A DNA stretch of 64,000 nucleotides, taken from NCBI GenBank assembly GCA_965112735.1, contig OZ218955.1, positions 620,001 through 684,000 on the forward strand, given 5' to 3'. This stretch comes from Phaeosaccion multiseriatum. Its lineage: Eukaryota > Protista > Ochrophyta, other classes. This document shows, piece after piece, positions 1-11,600 of this stretch (positions are counted from its first letter, which is position 1; each line of letters begins with the position of its first letter). The translations under genes and the position numbers were made by a program. Under the pieces are notes generated by a model. It ran no database searches. It was not told the DNA's origin and saw only the letters and a program-made list of their open reading frames with translations.

Positions 1-279
1 AAGAGGTGGAAAGAGAGAACGAGGAGAAAGCAATTATAATGTTCATTTTTTTTCTCTTCCCGTGACACGACCTGGGGTCACAGATTGGACACACAACTCA
101 CGCACTTCAATGTACGTACATTCGTAAATTTTCCTTGGTGGGTTGATTAAGAGCGCTGTATGTGTGCCCTGGTGAATCACCTACTGGGCTGCCTGCTCGG
201 GTGAAAGCCCCCTTCCAAGCCCTGCTCGCCCTCACCATCTGCTGGCAGCGCGTGCCTTCTGTCTACATTGGGCACCTGC

Positions 280-890
280 TTACCCATCGCACGCCCACTC
301 AAACATACGTATCTCCTCCGTCATCCTCTCCAGCAGCCCTGCTGAGGCCCCCAGCTCGCCCAGTGTCCAGCCCTCCGCCTCATCCTCCTCATCCCCGTCA
401 TCTTCCCCCTCCTCCTGTTGCTGCCGCTCGTCGTCCTCCGCCGCCGCGTGAGGCATCGAGGCGGGTACTCCTCCTCTGGGCCTGCGAAAGTCGGGCATGC
501 ACTCCCGAAGAAGCTTGTACACACCCAACCAATTGTACCTATGCGCTGCCATCTCTAGCTGATCTGACAAATCGTACCGCCCCTCCGCATGCGCCGTCCC
601 CAAGGCCACATCCACATTCGCCCCCGCACACACCAACTCATCCACCACGTCGTGATGGGCGTAACGGTTGGCTCTATAGAGTGCGCTATAGCCATCCGGT
701 GTGGCCCGGTCGATGTCCACCCCCTTGTCCACCGCCGTGTAGAGCAGCTCCACCACCACGTCAAAGTCTCCCTTCTCGCTTGCCATCATGAGGGGGGTGA
801 AACCGCCGGAATCCGCAATGCCCATGTCGGCATTGGCGGAGAGGAGGAGCTTTACCACGTCTGCTAGAGGCGTAAAGGCATACAGGTATG

Positions 891-951
<61 letters not shown>

Positions 952-993
952 AATGTACACATACATACATTCATACATACATACGTACACAAT

Positions 994-1030
<37 letters not shown>

Positions 1031-2365
1031 GTACACATACATACATTCATACATACATACGTACACAATATACATACATACGTACATACATACATACGTG
1101 CATACACACATACATATATATACATACATACATGCATACATACATATATACATACATACATACATACATACATACATACATACATACACATGTGGGTGGG
1201 AGAGGTGGGTGTGTGAGTGCATTGGGGTAGAGACGAGAGGAGGGTCAGGCAGAGAGAAAAGAGTGGAGGGCGGAGTAGGGACAGACATGCATGTCAACCC
1301 CGCTGGCCTCGGCCCGAGTTGAAACTGAAGTAACTGCAATTGGCATGAAACTGAAGGAGGGAGGGACAAGAAAAGAGCGATCGATATATATCATTACCAC
1401 ACATACCCACTCCTCACGACGCACGCACGAACGCACCGATGTGGCCCTTTTGACAGGCGAGGTAGAGCGGAGTGCCTCCCTCATCGTCGGCCTTGTCCAC
1501 GTCAGCGTCGGCTTCAATGAGCAGACGCACAATCTCTGCAGGCAGTGCAGGCAGTGCAGGGAGTCGGACAGGGGAATAGAGGCGTATGGGGCACGAAGGG
1601 AGTCAGACAAGAGAATACAGGCGTATGGGGTAGGCAGACAGGCAGAGAGTCGGGCTGTGGAATAAAGGTGTATGGGCGAGGAGGAAGGGGGTCAGGCAGT
1701 GAAAAAGAGGTGTATGGGCAGGCAGGCAGGGAGTCGGGTCGCAGTGGATCATGACATACCGTGGTAGGTAAATAGGTGGGAAGTTAGTGGATGGGTGGGT
1801 GGGGTGGTAGGTGGGTGGGTAGGTGGGTGGGCAGGTGGGTGGGCAGGTGGGTAAGTGAGTAGATGGACGGAGGGTTGGAAGGAGTGGGGGGTTAAAAATC
1901 CACTACATCAAAAACAGGAGGAGGAGCCGACTGATACGGACAAGGTGGGAAGGGGGTAAAAGGGGAAGGAGGGGTTGGAGGAAGGCATGCCATGGAGGGG
2001 GAGGGGAGAGGGGTTAGGGTAAGAAGGGTAGTAGGAGTGGCTTGGGGTACGCACACCACGCCCTGCATACACACTATCCTACCTGCGTGTCCCTCATCGC
2101 ACGCCATATAGAGTGGAGTACACCCTTCGACGGCCCTGTCCACCTCCGCCCCTGCCGCGATGAGCTGTGCCACAATGGCGTCGTGCCCCTGGGAGCAGGC
2201 GGCATAGAGAGGAGTGAAGCCGCCGTCTTCAGCTTGCTCGAAGGCGGCACCGGCGGCCAGAAGCTGCTCTGTCACCTGTGGGTGGGTTTGGGTGGGGGTA
2301 AATCAAGGAAGGAGGGGGGGGGGGGGGAGGAGGAGGAGAGGAAGAGTGTTCGTATTCCAATACAC

Positions 2366-2427
<62 letters not shown>

Positions 2428-3270
2428 GGAATGTGTCACGTGCTGCCGCGCTTTGCTTCAGTTGCGGGGCTCAGATCGCAGATGACAGAAACACAAGCAA
2501 GTACGATAGGGGGGTGGACGGAGGGACAATCAGACCGCCCCCCAAAGCAGATTCGCTTCCACAAGAGAAGATCGACGAGAATGAATGAATGAAAATGGAA
2601 CTGAACGAAAGGAATGGTCGAGCCAGCGAGAGAGGACGGGCGTACGTACCACTGCATGCCCCTCTCGGCACGCGACAATGAGGGGCGTCTCCCCGTCTCC
2701 ATCCGCCTTGTCCAGCACGCTGCTACCGCCGTCCGTGAGCAGCATACCCACCACATCTTCCCTGCCGTAAGAGGCTGCGCACAGGAGGACGGTGGGGAAG
2801 GAGGGAGAGAGGGGCCCGTCGAGAGCGGCAGGGCCCTCCTTGGCGAGCAGAGCTTTGATAGCGGCCACCACCTTCTTGCGCCGCTCGCCCTTGCGGATGG
2901 CCTTCAGCAGGCGCTTCCTCTGCGTGGATGTGGGTGGGTGGGTCGGGAGTGGTTGTGCATGTGTGTGTATTACATGTCGAGAGCTACCTCTTTCCACAAC
3001 GACAGAGTTGCTACATGATCATCAATATCGGAGGATCGGAGGGGGGCAGGCCTCGAAAAGGTCATGGAAGAGAGGACGCCAGTCGAAGGATCGCAAAAGC
3101 GTATACTCGAGGAGCAGCGGGTAGGATATGTGCACGGAAATGCCCCATTGCAGATGGTGCGTTGGCTGAAGGAGGGACGGCCTTACCTCAGGAGAGACTA
3201 TCGCCGCTGCCCTTGCGGCCCTCGTCTCACTGAGCGTGAGCCGCCTGGCCTCATCACCCTGGTCCTGCAT
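280..3270 (-). CDS. Ankyrin-repeat protein, spliced (approx. exons 3270-3187, 2919-2650, 2275-2082, 1535-1437, 861-280)
   Basis: Successive exons carry ankyrin repeats: DGETPLIVACREGH, GGFTPLYAACSQGH, GCTPLYMACDEGH, GGTPLYLACQKGH, GGFTPLMMASEKGD, DGYSALYRANRYAH. GT-AG boundaries flank microsatellite introns. The 3' end is uncertain because the stop at 280 overlaps a GTAAG donor-like site. Confidence 0.85.
885..1192. repeat. Compound (TA)n/(TACA)n microsatellite with an internal duplicated block, in an ankyrin-gene intron
   Basis: Directly visible; the block aaatgtacacatacatacattcatacatacatacgtacacaata occurs at about 951 and 1027. Confidence 0.95.
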
Positions 3271-4078
3271 GGCTCTGTTCCGCCCGCCCCCTCCGATTCC
3301 GCTGCTGCTATTGCGACTGCTGCTGCTGTTGCTGCGTTGTTCTCTAAGAGGATCGGTAATTACTGAACGGGGATGATGGGCTGATCCATTTTTTGGGCAG
3401 ATTGTTACTTTTAGGCAGCGCAGATGGCACCAAAAGGCACCCCTGTTCCACTTTTCTCTTCCGTCCATCACGCCTTAATGCAACTTCGGGGTGCTGAGAG
3501 TCAAAAGTTGCTTTAACGTGAAATTGCTTTAAAAATAGCCCCACTCTACCCACCCACCCCCCACCCTCCCCATGTAGGCTTGCATGTGCTCACGATCGGT
3601 ACTGACGGTGCTCATAGCATCTGAAAAGCCCCTCTAACCCGAACAGCTCGTTGCAGCAAATGCCGTGCACCGGCTTCCCACAGCCAGGTGCTCAGTGTGG
3701 GGCTTGACCTCGATTCTTACGCCAGCGAGAAAAGTTGCTTTAAGAAGTGAATTGCTATATGTAAAAAAAATCCGGCGAAGACTCTTAATACGCGAACATC
3801 CAGACAGTAGAGAAAGAGGTGTTACGACAGCACATGCCTACCACAGGCTCACAACTACAGCGCGTGCTCCCTCTCTTCCTCTCCCCCCTCCGTTCGCGCC
3901 TCCCTCGTCTCCCCCTACCATTCGTCTCCTTTCGTCGGCTGTTTACTTCCTCTTTAAAATAGGAAAGGGAACCGCGGACAAAATAGAGGTCAACGGAAGA
4001 GAAGGGGAAGAGGGAGGAGGAAGAGGAGGGGTCACACACACACCGTGCCTACAGATGGCGTGCCTACCCCACAGAGTA

Positions 4079-4310
4079 TTACACGTGTTGACGCAGCTCC
4101 ACAAGCTTCCTCCTCTTGTCCGGTCCAGCCCAGCACTCATCAGCGGCAGCGGCAGCGGCAGAGGAAGCAGTTGGTGATACAGTGCTGGCAGACAACATCA
4201 CTGCCCCACCCCCGGCGTTCTCACTGTAACTGTGCTGCATACCCATGGCCAGCCCCGTTCCGATGCCCATACCCGCCTCCGCCTCCTCCTCCTCACGCGG
4301 CCGCTTCCCC

Positions 4311-4351
<41 letters not shown>

Positions 4352-4757
4352 CCCTGCCCCTGTCATTGCCGTAACTGCCACTAGCTTTGCCGTGCAGGTG
4401 GGGACGGGGCTCGACAATCCATTTCCGACGTGAGCGACAGGGGCGCCCTCGGCCGCCGCTGGAAGGGCAGTTGGTGATACAGCTGGAGATACAGCGGCCC
4501 CTGCAGTATCGGCGGCGACTTGTCCACTGACGGGCGCAGATGTCACTGAAGGAGGAGGATGAGGAGGAGGAGGAGGGGGGGGGGGGACGTTGGGGCGCTC
4601 GGTATTGCCGTCGTCTGGTCTCCCCTCCTCCTCAACACAGCTTTGACTTAGACTCTGCTGCTGCTGGATCTGCTGCAGCTGCAGCAGCTGCTGTTGCTGT
4701 TCTTGTTGATGCTGTTGTTCCTGTTGTAGCTGCTGCTGCTGCTGTTGCTGGTGTAGC

Positions 4758-4794
<37 letters not shown>

Positions 4795-7581
4795 GCTGTT
4801 GTTGTTGCTGGTGTTGATGCTGTTGTTGTAGCTGTTGCTGCTGTTGTTGTGGTTGTTGTAGTTGTTGTTGTAGTTGTTGTAATTGTTGTTGTTGTAATTG
4901 TTGTTGTAGTTGTTGTTGTTGTTGTTGTTGCTGTTGTAGCTGCTGCTGTTGTTGTTGTTGTTGCTGGAAGTGTTGTTGTTGTTGTTGTTCTTGTTGTTGT
5001 TCTTGTTGTTGCTGCTGCTGTTGCTGTAGCTGCAGTTGTTGTTGTTGCGCCCGCTGCTGTATCGCCAACTGCTCTACCTGCTGAAAGTCTTTCCCCTGTG
5101 CCTGCTCTGCTGCCCTCTCCTCGCTGGTCATCTTGGAATGCTTTCTGCACATGCCGTTGTCCGTCTTGCCCGACTGAGCAACCTTCGGACACCCGTCCAC
5201 ACGGCACAACTTACGCTTGATCTTGGCTCCATGCTGGACACACACCTGGGGGGAGGGAGGAGGGCGGATGGGAGGAGGAAGAGGAGGGAGGGAGGAGGGA
5301 GAGAGAGAGAGAGAGGGTAAGGGGGTAAGGGAGGGGGTGAGGAAGTGGGTGAGGGAGTGGGTGAGTGGGTGGTTGGGTGGGCGGGCGAGTGAGTGGTGAG
5401 TGGGTAGGTGGGCGAGTGAGTGGGTGAATGTAGGTGCGTAGGGGGGGAAGTGAGAGAGGTGAGTGGGTGGACGAAAGAGCAAGTCACCGAGTGGGTGAGG
5501 AAGTGACACGAACACACCCACCCACAAATACACACATATCACACATCACACATCACACACTTCCACCCAGACACACATCACGTGAGTTAGTGACACAAAC
5601 ACAAACACACACACCCACATCCACACACACAATATACCACACACACACATACACACACACGTCCACCCACCCAAACACACAAACACACCCAAACACACAC
5701 CCACACACCCAAATACACCCACACGCACGCACACGCACACACACGCACACACACACCTTGTTGTTCTGGGCCCACTTGCCGCACCCCTCTTTCTCGCACA
5801 TCTTCCTCGGAGCTCCGTGCTGCACACACACCCCTTCTCGGAAAACATGTTTCTGACATCCCTCCACGGAGCAACTGCCTTTGTCGCCCCCGCCCCCACC
5901 TTGGCCATTGCCGTCGCCCTCGCCTACCCTTCCGCTAAAGGCCTCGAAAGCAGGATCTACCGCCCCCTCGGGGACATATCCTGGCAAGTCTCCCGAGGGG
6001 GGGAGCCCACTCCCTCCCTCCTCTCCCCCTGCTAGCACCCTTCCTGGCCCTGCCACCGCTGCTGCTGCTGCTGCTGGTGGTGGTGGTGGTGGTGGTGCTG
6101 CTGCTGCTGGTGGTGGTGCTGCTAGTGGTGGTGCTGGTGCTGCCTCGCCAACTGCCAGTCCCCCGCCGCCCCCGAGCAAAGCGCCGCTCAGCCTGCCCCC
6201 GGCATAGGCAGCACTGACCGGATTCGGAATGGCAAACACAGCAGAGGTGGGTGCAGCAGTTGGTAATATAGCAGCAGCGACGCCTCCACTGCTGCCTGCG
6301 TCCAACGCACTGCGCATCACAGCACCAACACCACCACCACCGATCGCTGCCGCTATCCCATCACCACCATTTGCTATCATCCCCCCCCCACCATTGACTA
6401 CCATCCCACCACCACCACCACTGCCGGATGGCATGCCCGCAGCGCCAGAAAACAACGTCCTGCCGCCAACGGGGTCAGCAGCAGCGGTAGTAGCTGCAGC
6501 AGTGGTGGAAGACGAAGAAGACGATGCGGCAACGGCCATAGCAGCAACATTCTCCTCAGTCGCCACGGACCTGCTCGAATGTTTCACACACAGGCCCCCC
6601 TTCTGCGCCCACTTGGTGCACCCCTCCAGTCGACAGGCCTTGGAGGCGTGGCGGTGTCCAATACACACCCCTTCCTTGATGGCCCACTTGTCGCAATCCC
6701 CCAACGAGCATTTTCTCCTCGGGGCCCCATGCTGCACACACATGCCTGCCTTCTGTGCCCACTTGCTGCATCCCTCCTTACGACACATCTTCTTGGAGGC
6801 TCCGTGTCGCACACACAGTCCCTCACGCACAGCCTGTTTGCCACAGTTGCCCTCCCCCGTAGGACCCGCGCAGAGCTTCACACCGGCGCCGTGACGGGCG
6901 CACACCCCGTTCTTGACCACCCCGTTCGGACAGTCCTCTTGCCTGCACAGCCTCCGCGCCGCCCCATGTCGCACACACACACCCTGCCCGATGGCCCACT
7001 TGCCGCACCCATCCACCGCACATGTACGTCGTGAGGCTCCGTGCCGCATGCACACCCCTCCTGTCTGGGCTTGATTCTTGCAGCCCTCCGCACGACACCT
7101 CGCCCGCTTCAGTGCGGCGTGCTTTACACAGACCCCGTCCCTCACTACCTGCAAGTCGCACGCCTCTTGTGAGCACATCGTGGCCTCCACCCAGTGGTCC
7201 ATGCACACGCCGTCCCTCTCAGCGGGGCGGGCACACCCCAGATGGCCGCACTGAGCCTTGCTGATGCGAAGTGCGACGAGGTGATCCTCCTCACCACCAG
7301 AGGGGTCCCTGGGATGGGACTGGGGCGGCACCCCACCAGCCACCCCACCCAGCAGATCGCTTCCGCCGCCCCCCCTTGCCCCAGGCGCAGCATGGCCCGC
7401 CTCGCCCACGTATCCAGGGGGGGTAGGTGTCACCGCCAGCGTGTCTACAGGGGACAGAGTAGCGGCAGTGGACGGGGCAGGAGAGGGAGCGCACAGTGCG
7501 CCAGGATGGTGCCCGATGGCGGTATTTCCGGACATGCCAGAGGAGGAACCAGGTAGAGCCATGGCTGGCTGCCGCCCTTGG

Positions 7582-7612
<31 letters not shown>

Positions 7613-8132
7613 TCACCAACTGCTGGTGGTGGTGATGGAAAGTGGTGTCTGAAAGCGCGCTAGCAGCGGTCGTGGGGGCCGGAGCGGCGGCGGCAGAAAG
7701 AGCAGAAGCTGAGGGGGGCTCCGAGGGTTGCGAGGGTAAAGATGCGCTGGATAGGGCTGGGCCAGTGCTGCCAATGGGGGATGAGTCACAGATGGCAGCT
7801 GCCGACGGGGCTTGCACCCCCCCCCCTCCCCCCGCTGCTGATGTATCACCAAACTGTGCTGTCGCTGCTGCTACTATTACTGCTTCTGCTTCCTCGGTGC
7901 TTCCCGCTACCGCTACCTCTGCAGCTGCTGCCCCCTCTACCGCTTCCTCTAGCCCGGTCGCTAGTGTTGCCCCTCCCCTTGCTGCTCCTGCTGCTGCCGC
8001 TCCTGGTTGTGGTGGTGGTGGTGACGATGTCAGTGGTGATACCTCTGTCGCCCCACTGCGAGTTGCTTCCCCGTGCCTCATGCGCAGCCCATCCCCCATT
8101 CCGTAGTGCTCGCGCCCCACCTCGCTCGCCAT
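4079..8132 (-). CDS. Protein with 12 WRKY19-like C-X4-C-X9-C-X2-H zinc-finger repeats and a long poly-Q tail (exons 8132-5757, 5245-4079)
   Basis: Nine tandem repeats such as CRAEGCKNQAQTGGVCMRHG and CRKEGCSKWAQKAGMCVQHG, then three more. One repeat is split by the intron (CEKEGCGKWAQNNK|VCVQHG) and restored in frame by splicing. No WRKY domain seen. Confidence 0.88.
4655..5046 (-). repeat. Coding (CAA/CAG)n array, about 130 codons, mostly glutamine
   Basis: (gtt/gct)n on the + strand, in frame in ORF 4079..5542. Confidence 0.9.
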
Positions 8133-8449
8133 CTTTGCCTCCCTCCTCCACCTCCTCCTCCTCTGCTAGACCTCTTCAGGTGCTGTAAGTTTACAAGAGA
8201 AGGGTCAAGGGGGGAAATAGGGGAGGTCTTGTTAGGAGAGAGTCGTATTGAAGGGGGAAGAGGGAAGGATGGGAACGAGATAGCTGGGTTTTTAGGACGA
8301 GAAAAGCGAGCTAGTCCGCAGATCTGACGAAGGAGGAAAAGGGGAAGGACATCACCTCGAGTAAATGGCCTATCAAAGGGCCATGGTGCCGCTTTCCGCA
8401 GCACACAAGGGCTAATCGAGCCCCATAAAAAAAAAAAAAAAATTAACAC

Positions 8450-8487
8450 GCTGTAGTTTCGAGGTCCAGGCTGTAGTTTCGAGGTCC
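8450..8487. promoter_or_regulatory. 18-bp direct repeat (20-bp period) in the ~475-bp divergent intergenic region
   Basis: gctgtagtttcgaggtcc occurs twice between the starts at 8132 (-) and 8607 (+). A regulatory role is inferred only from position. Confidence 0.3.
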
Positions 8488-8606
8488 TCGACATTTTAAC
8501 GGGCGGGAGGCGGGATTTTTATCCGTCAGAAGGAGGTTCTGTGTGCCTTGCTCTTCCCGTTTGGTGTCTCTCTCTCTCGCACAGAAAGAGGAGAGGGGCC
8601 TGCAAG

Positions 8607-11600
8607 ATGGACTACGCCGCTCAGCCCCGGCCGTCGGCGGGCAATGGGGGGAAGCGGTCTTCCAAAAAGGCCAGTAAGAGATCTTCAGGAGAGAGGGACA
8701 GAGACAGGTCTGCACCTGTCGCTGTGGCTGCCAATCACCAGCTCGGAGGCAGGAGTGAGGACGCGTACAGGCAGCAGCTGCACGCAGACGCTCCGTCCGA
8801 GAGCAAGGCAGCGTCAGGGGCCAGACCGGGAGGAGGGAGCAAGGCGGCGAGGAGAGGCAGCGGGAGCGGGAGTAGCAGTGGTGGAGGGAATGGGGCGGTA
8901 GGGGGAGGCAAGACGAGACCGGGCAGCTCAGCGGGTCGTCCAGGGAGTGCGATGAGCAGATCGGTCATTGGCACCATCGGCAACGAGCGCAGTCAGCAGC
9001 AAGGCGCTGGTGGGGGCATGACCAGGTGAGGGAGGGGATGCAGAGTAAGGCGAGGAGGGCCAGGGAAATAGGAGAGGGCTGGAGGGACTGAAGTGGGAAA
9101 AGCGCGTTGCTATAGACAGAGTGAGCGAGCCCGGTATGGTGTGCAAGGCACACTGCCAGCCCTGAGCGTAAACTTATGCGCTCCACTCTTTGGCCAAGGG
9201 GGGCGATGGAGGCAGGTTCTCTCCTCTTCCTCCTCCTCCTCCTCCTCCCTCCGTCTTTGGGCTCCCATTGTCATCACCCACTCCCTGAGGAGCCTCTTTT
9301 TATTCACACAGCTCACGCGGTGCTCTTCTCTTCGCCACGGCTTCACCCTTAAAACAGGCTTGGGCAAGAAGGTTATGGCCAGGCCAGTAGGCCCTCTCCT
9401 GCTGCTGCACCACCAACTGCTGCTGCTGCCCATCCCCCCGAGGAAGAGGTGCAGGACGACTACGGAGATGATGACTTTGAAGCTTATGAAGACGATGACT
9501 TCGAAGCCGAGGAGGTCAGTGTGTGTATATGTATATGTGTATGTGTGTGTGCGTTTGTGTGTGTGTGTGTGTGCGTGTGTGTGTGTGTGTGTGTGCGTGT
9601 GTGTGTGTGCGCGTGTGTGTATGTTTGCGCGTGTGTGTGTGTGTGCGTGTGTGTGTGTGCATGTATGTGTCTGTGAGGAGGTCAGTGTGTGTATATGTAT
9701 ATGTGTATGTGTGTGTGTGCGTTTGTGTGTGTGTGTGTGCGTGTGTGTGTGTGTGTGTGTGCGTGTGTGTGTGTGCGCGTGTGTGTATGTTTGCGCGTGT
9801 GTGTGTGTGTGCGTGTGTGTGTGTGCATGTATGTGTCTGTGCGTGGGTTTGCACTCATTCACCTCTTCACTCACTCATTGACCCCCTGCACCATACCGTG
9901 TACTGCAATACTGTGACCCTGCAGCATGTCCACTTCAGTCTTGTCGCTCTCTCTCCTCTGTCTCTCACTCTCTATCTCCACGTTCTCTCTCTCTTTCTCT
10001 CTCTCTTCCCTTCCCTTCTTCTCTCCTCTTCTCCTCCTGCCCCCCCCCCCATCCCTGCCTAAGCGCCGCTTCTTACGTCCTGTTACGCTTGTCCTTTTCT
10101 GTGACCGTCCCTGTTCCTAGGAGCCCGTGCCGATGCAAGCCAGCCCCTCCAAGCAGAAGGTTTCTACTTCGGCCTTCGCCACCACTGCCAATGGCGGAGG
10201 CGACACCGGGGGAGTGGGCGAAGGGAGAAGAGCTTCCTCTAGTGCGGCTCCCTCACCCGAGGAGATTCGCTCACTGCAAGCTTCATTGCAGGTAGGTGTG
10301 TGTGTGTGTGTATGTGTGTGTGTGTGTGTGTGTATGTGTGTGCGTGCGCGCTGTCGTGAGGCTTGAGACTGAAACTGAAAACTAGACAAGGTGACTGGCA
10401 GCCCCGCCGTGCAAAAGGAGCGCGTGCTCTCTTTGCCCACCTAAGGCTCACCCTCGTGCTCTCTTTGCCCACCTAAGGCTCACCCTCGTGCTCTCTTTGC
10501 CCACCTAAGGCTCACCCTCGTGCTCTCTTTGCCCACCTAAGGCTCACCCTCGTGCTCTCTTTGCCCACCTAAGGCTCACCCTCGTGCTCTCTTTGCCCAC
10601 CTAAGGCTCACCCTCGTGCTCTCTTTGCCCACCTAAGGCTCACCCTCGTGCTCTCTTTGCCCACACGAGGCTCACTCTCATGCTCTCCACTTTGCCCCGT
10701 AACGTAACGTAACACTCTCATTTACCCTGTCTCTTCACTGTCTCTTCTCTGTCTCTCTCTGTCTCAACTCTCTCTCTCTCTCTGTCTCACCCTGTCCCTT
10801 CTCTCCTCTCTCTTCTCTCTCGTTCACCCTCCCTCCCCCCCCCCTCGCTCTACCTTTCTCTCTCTCTCCCTCTTGTGTGTGTGCGCGTGCGTGTGTGTGT
10901 GCCTGGCATGGTGAAAGGCCGAGAACATCGCTGCTAAAGAGCGAATGGTGCGCCCCCGCTCACCCGCAGCCGAACCCAAGATGGCAGAGGCTGCAACACG
11001 TAAGTCGGTCGTGGCTACGGAGCAGAGCAGTTGGTGATCCAAAGCAGAGCAGTTGGTGATACAGAGCAGGGCACTGATTACAGACTACCAGTGATTGGCC
11101 TCTTGCGACCCAAAAGTATTGAGCCCCATCGACGTACAGAAGAGCACAGCACCGCGCCGTCGATGTCTGTCTGCCTTCCTATCTACTCTCTTGTTTGTCT
11201 CCATCCTTCTCTCTTCAGTGCTCTCTTTTCTGCCGTGAACATGCCCTATAGCCCATGTCCCCACCTCCTTCTCCTCCTCCTCCTCCTCCTCCTCCTCCTC
11301 CTTGCCCTCCATTGCCATAGTCCTCCCTCCTCTCCTTCTATCCCATCCACTGCCATCGCTCACCTCCTCCTCCTTCTCCTCCTCCTCTTGCTTCTTCTCG
11401 TGCCATACCGTGCCGTGCAGGGCCCTCCCGTGGAGCGAAGGGTGCCAAAAGCTCTCGCTCCGGTGCCAAGGCCTCTTCGAGGAGAGGCGAGAAGGGGGGA
11501 GAGACAAGAAGCAGCTTCGCCATGTCAGATGCAAAGGTAGGACGGCACTAGATGGGAAGGAGGGGATGGCAGTGGATGGGAAAAGGGAGGGGGCATTGTG

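Noticed and set aside
10423-10690. 32-bp repeat array as a CRISPR array
   Set aside because: Units are head-to-tail with no unique spacers, lie in a eukaryotic intron, and no cas genes are present.
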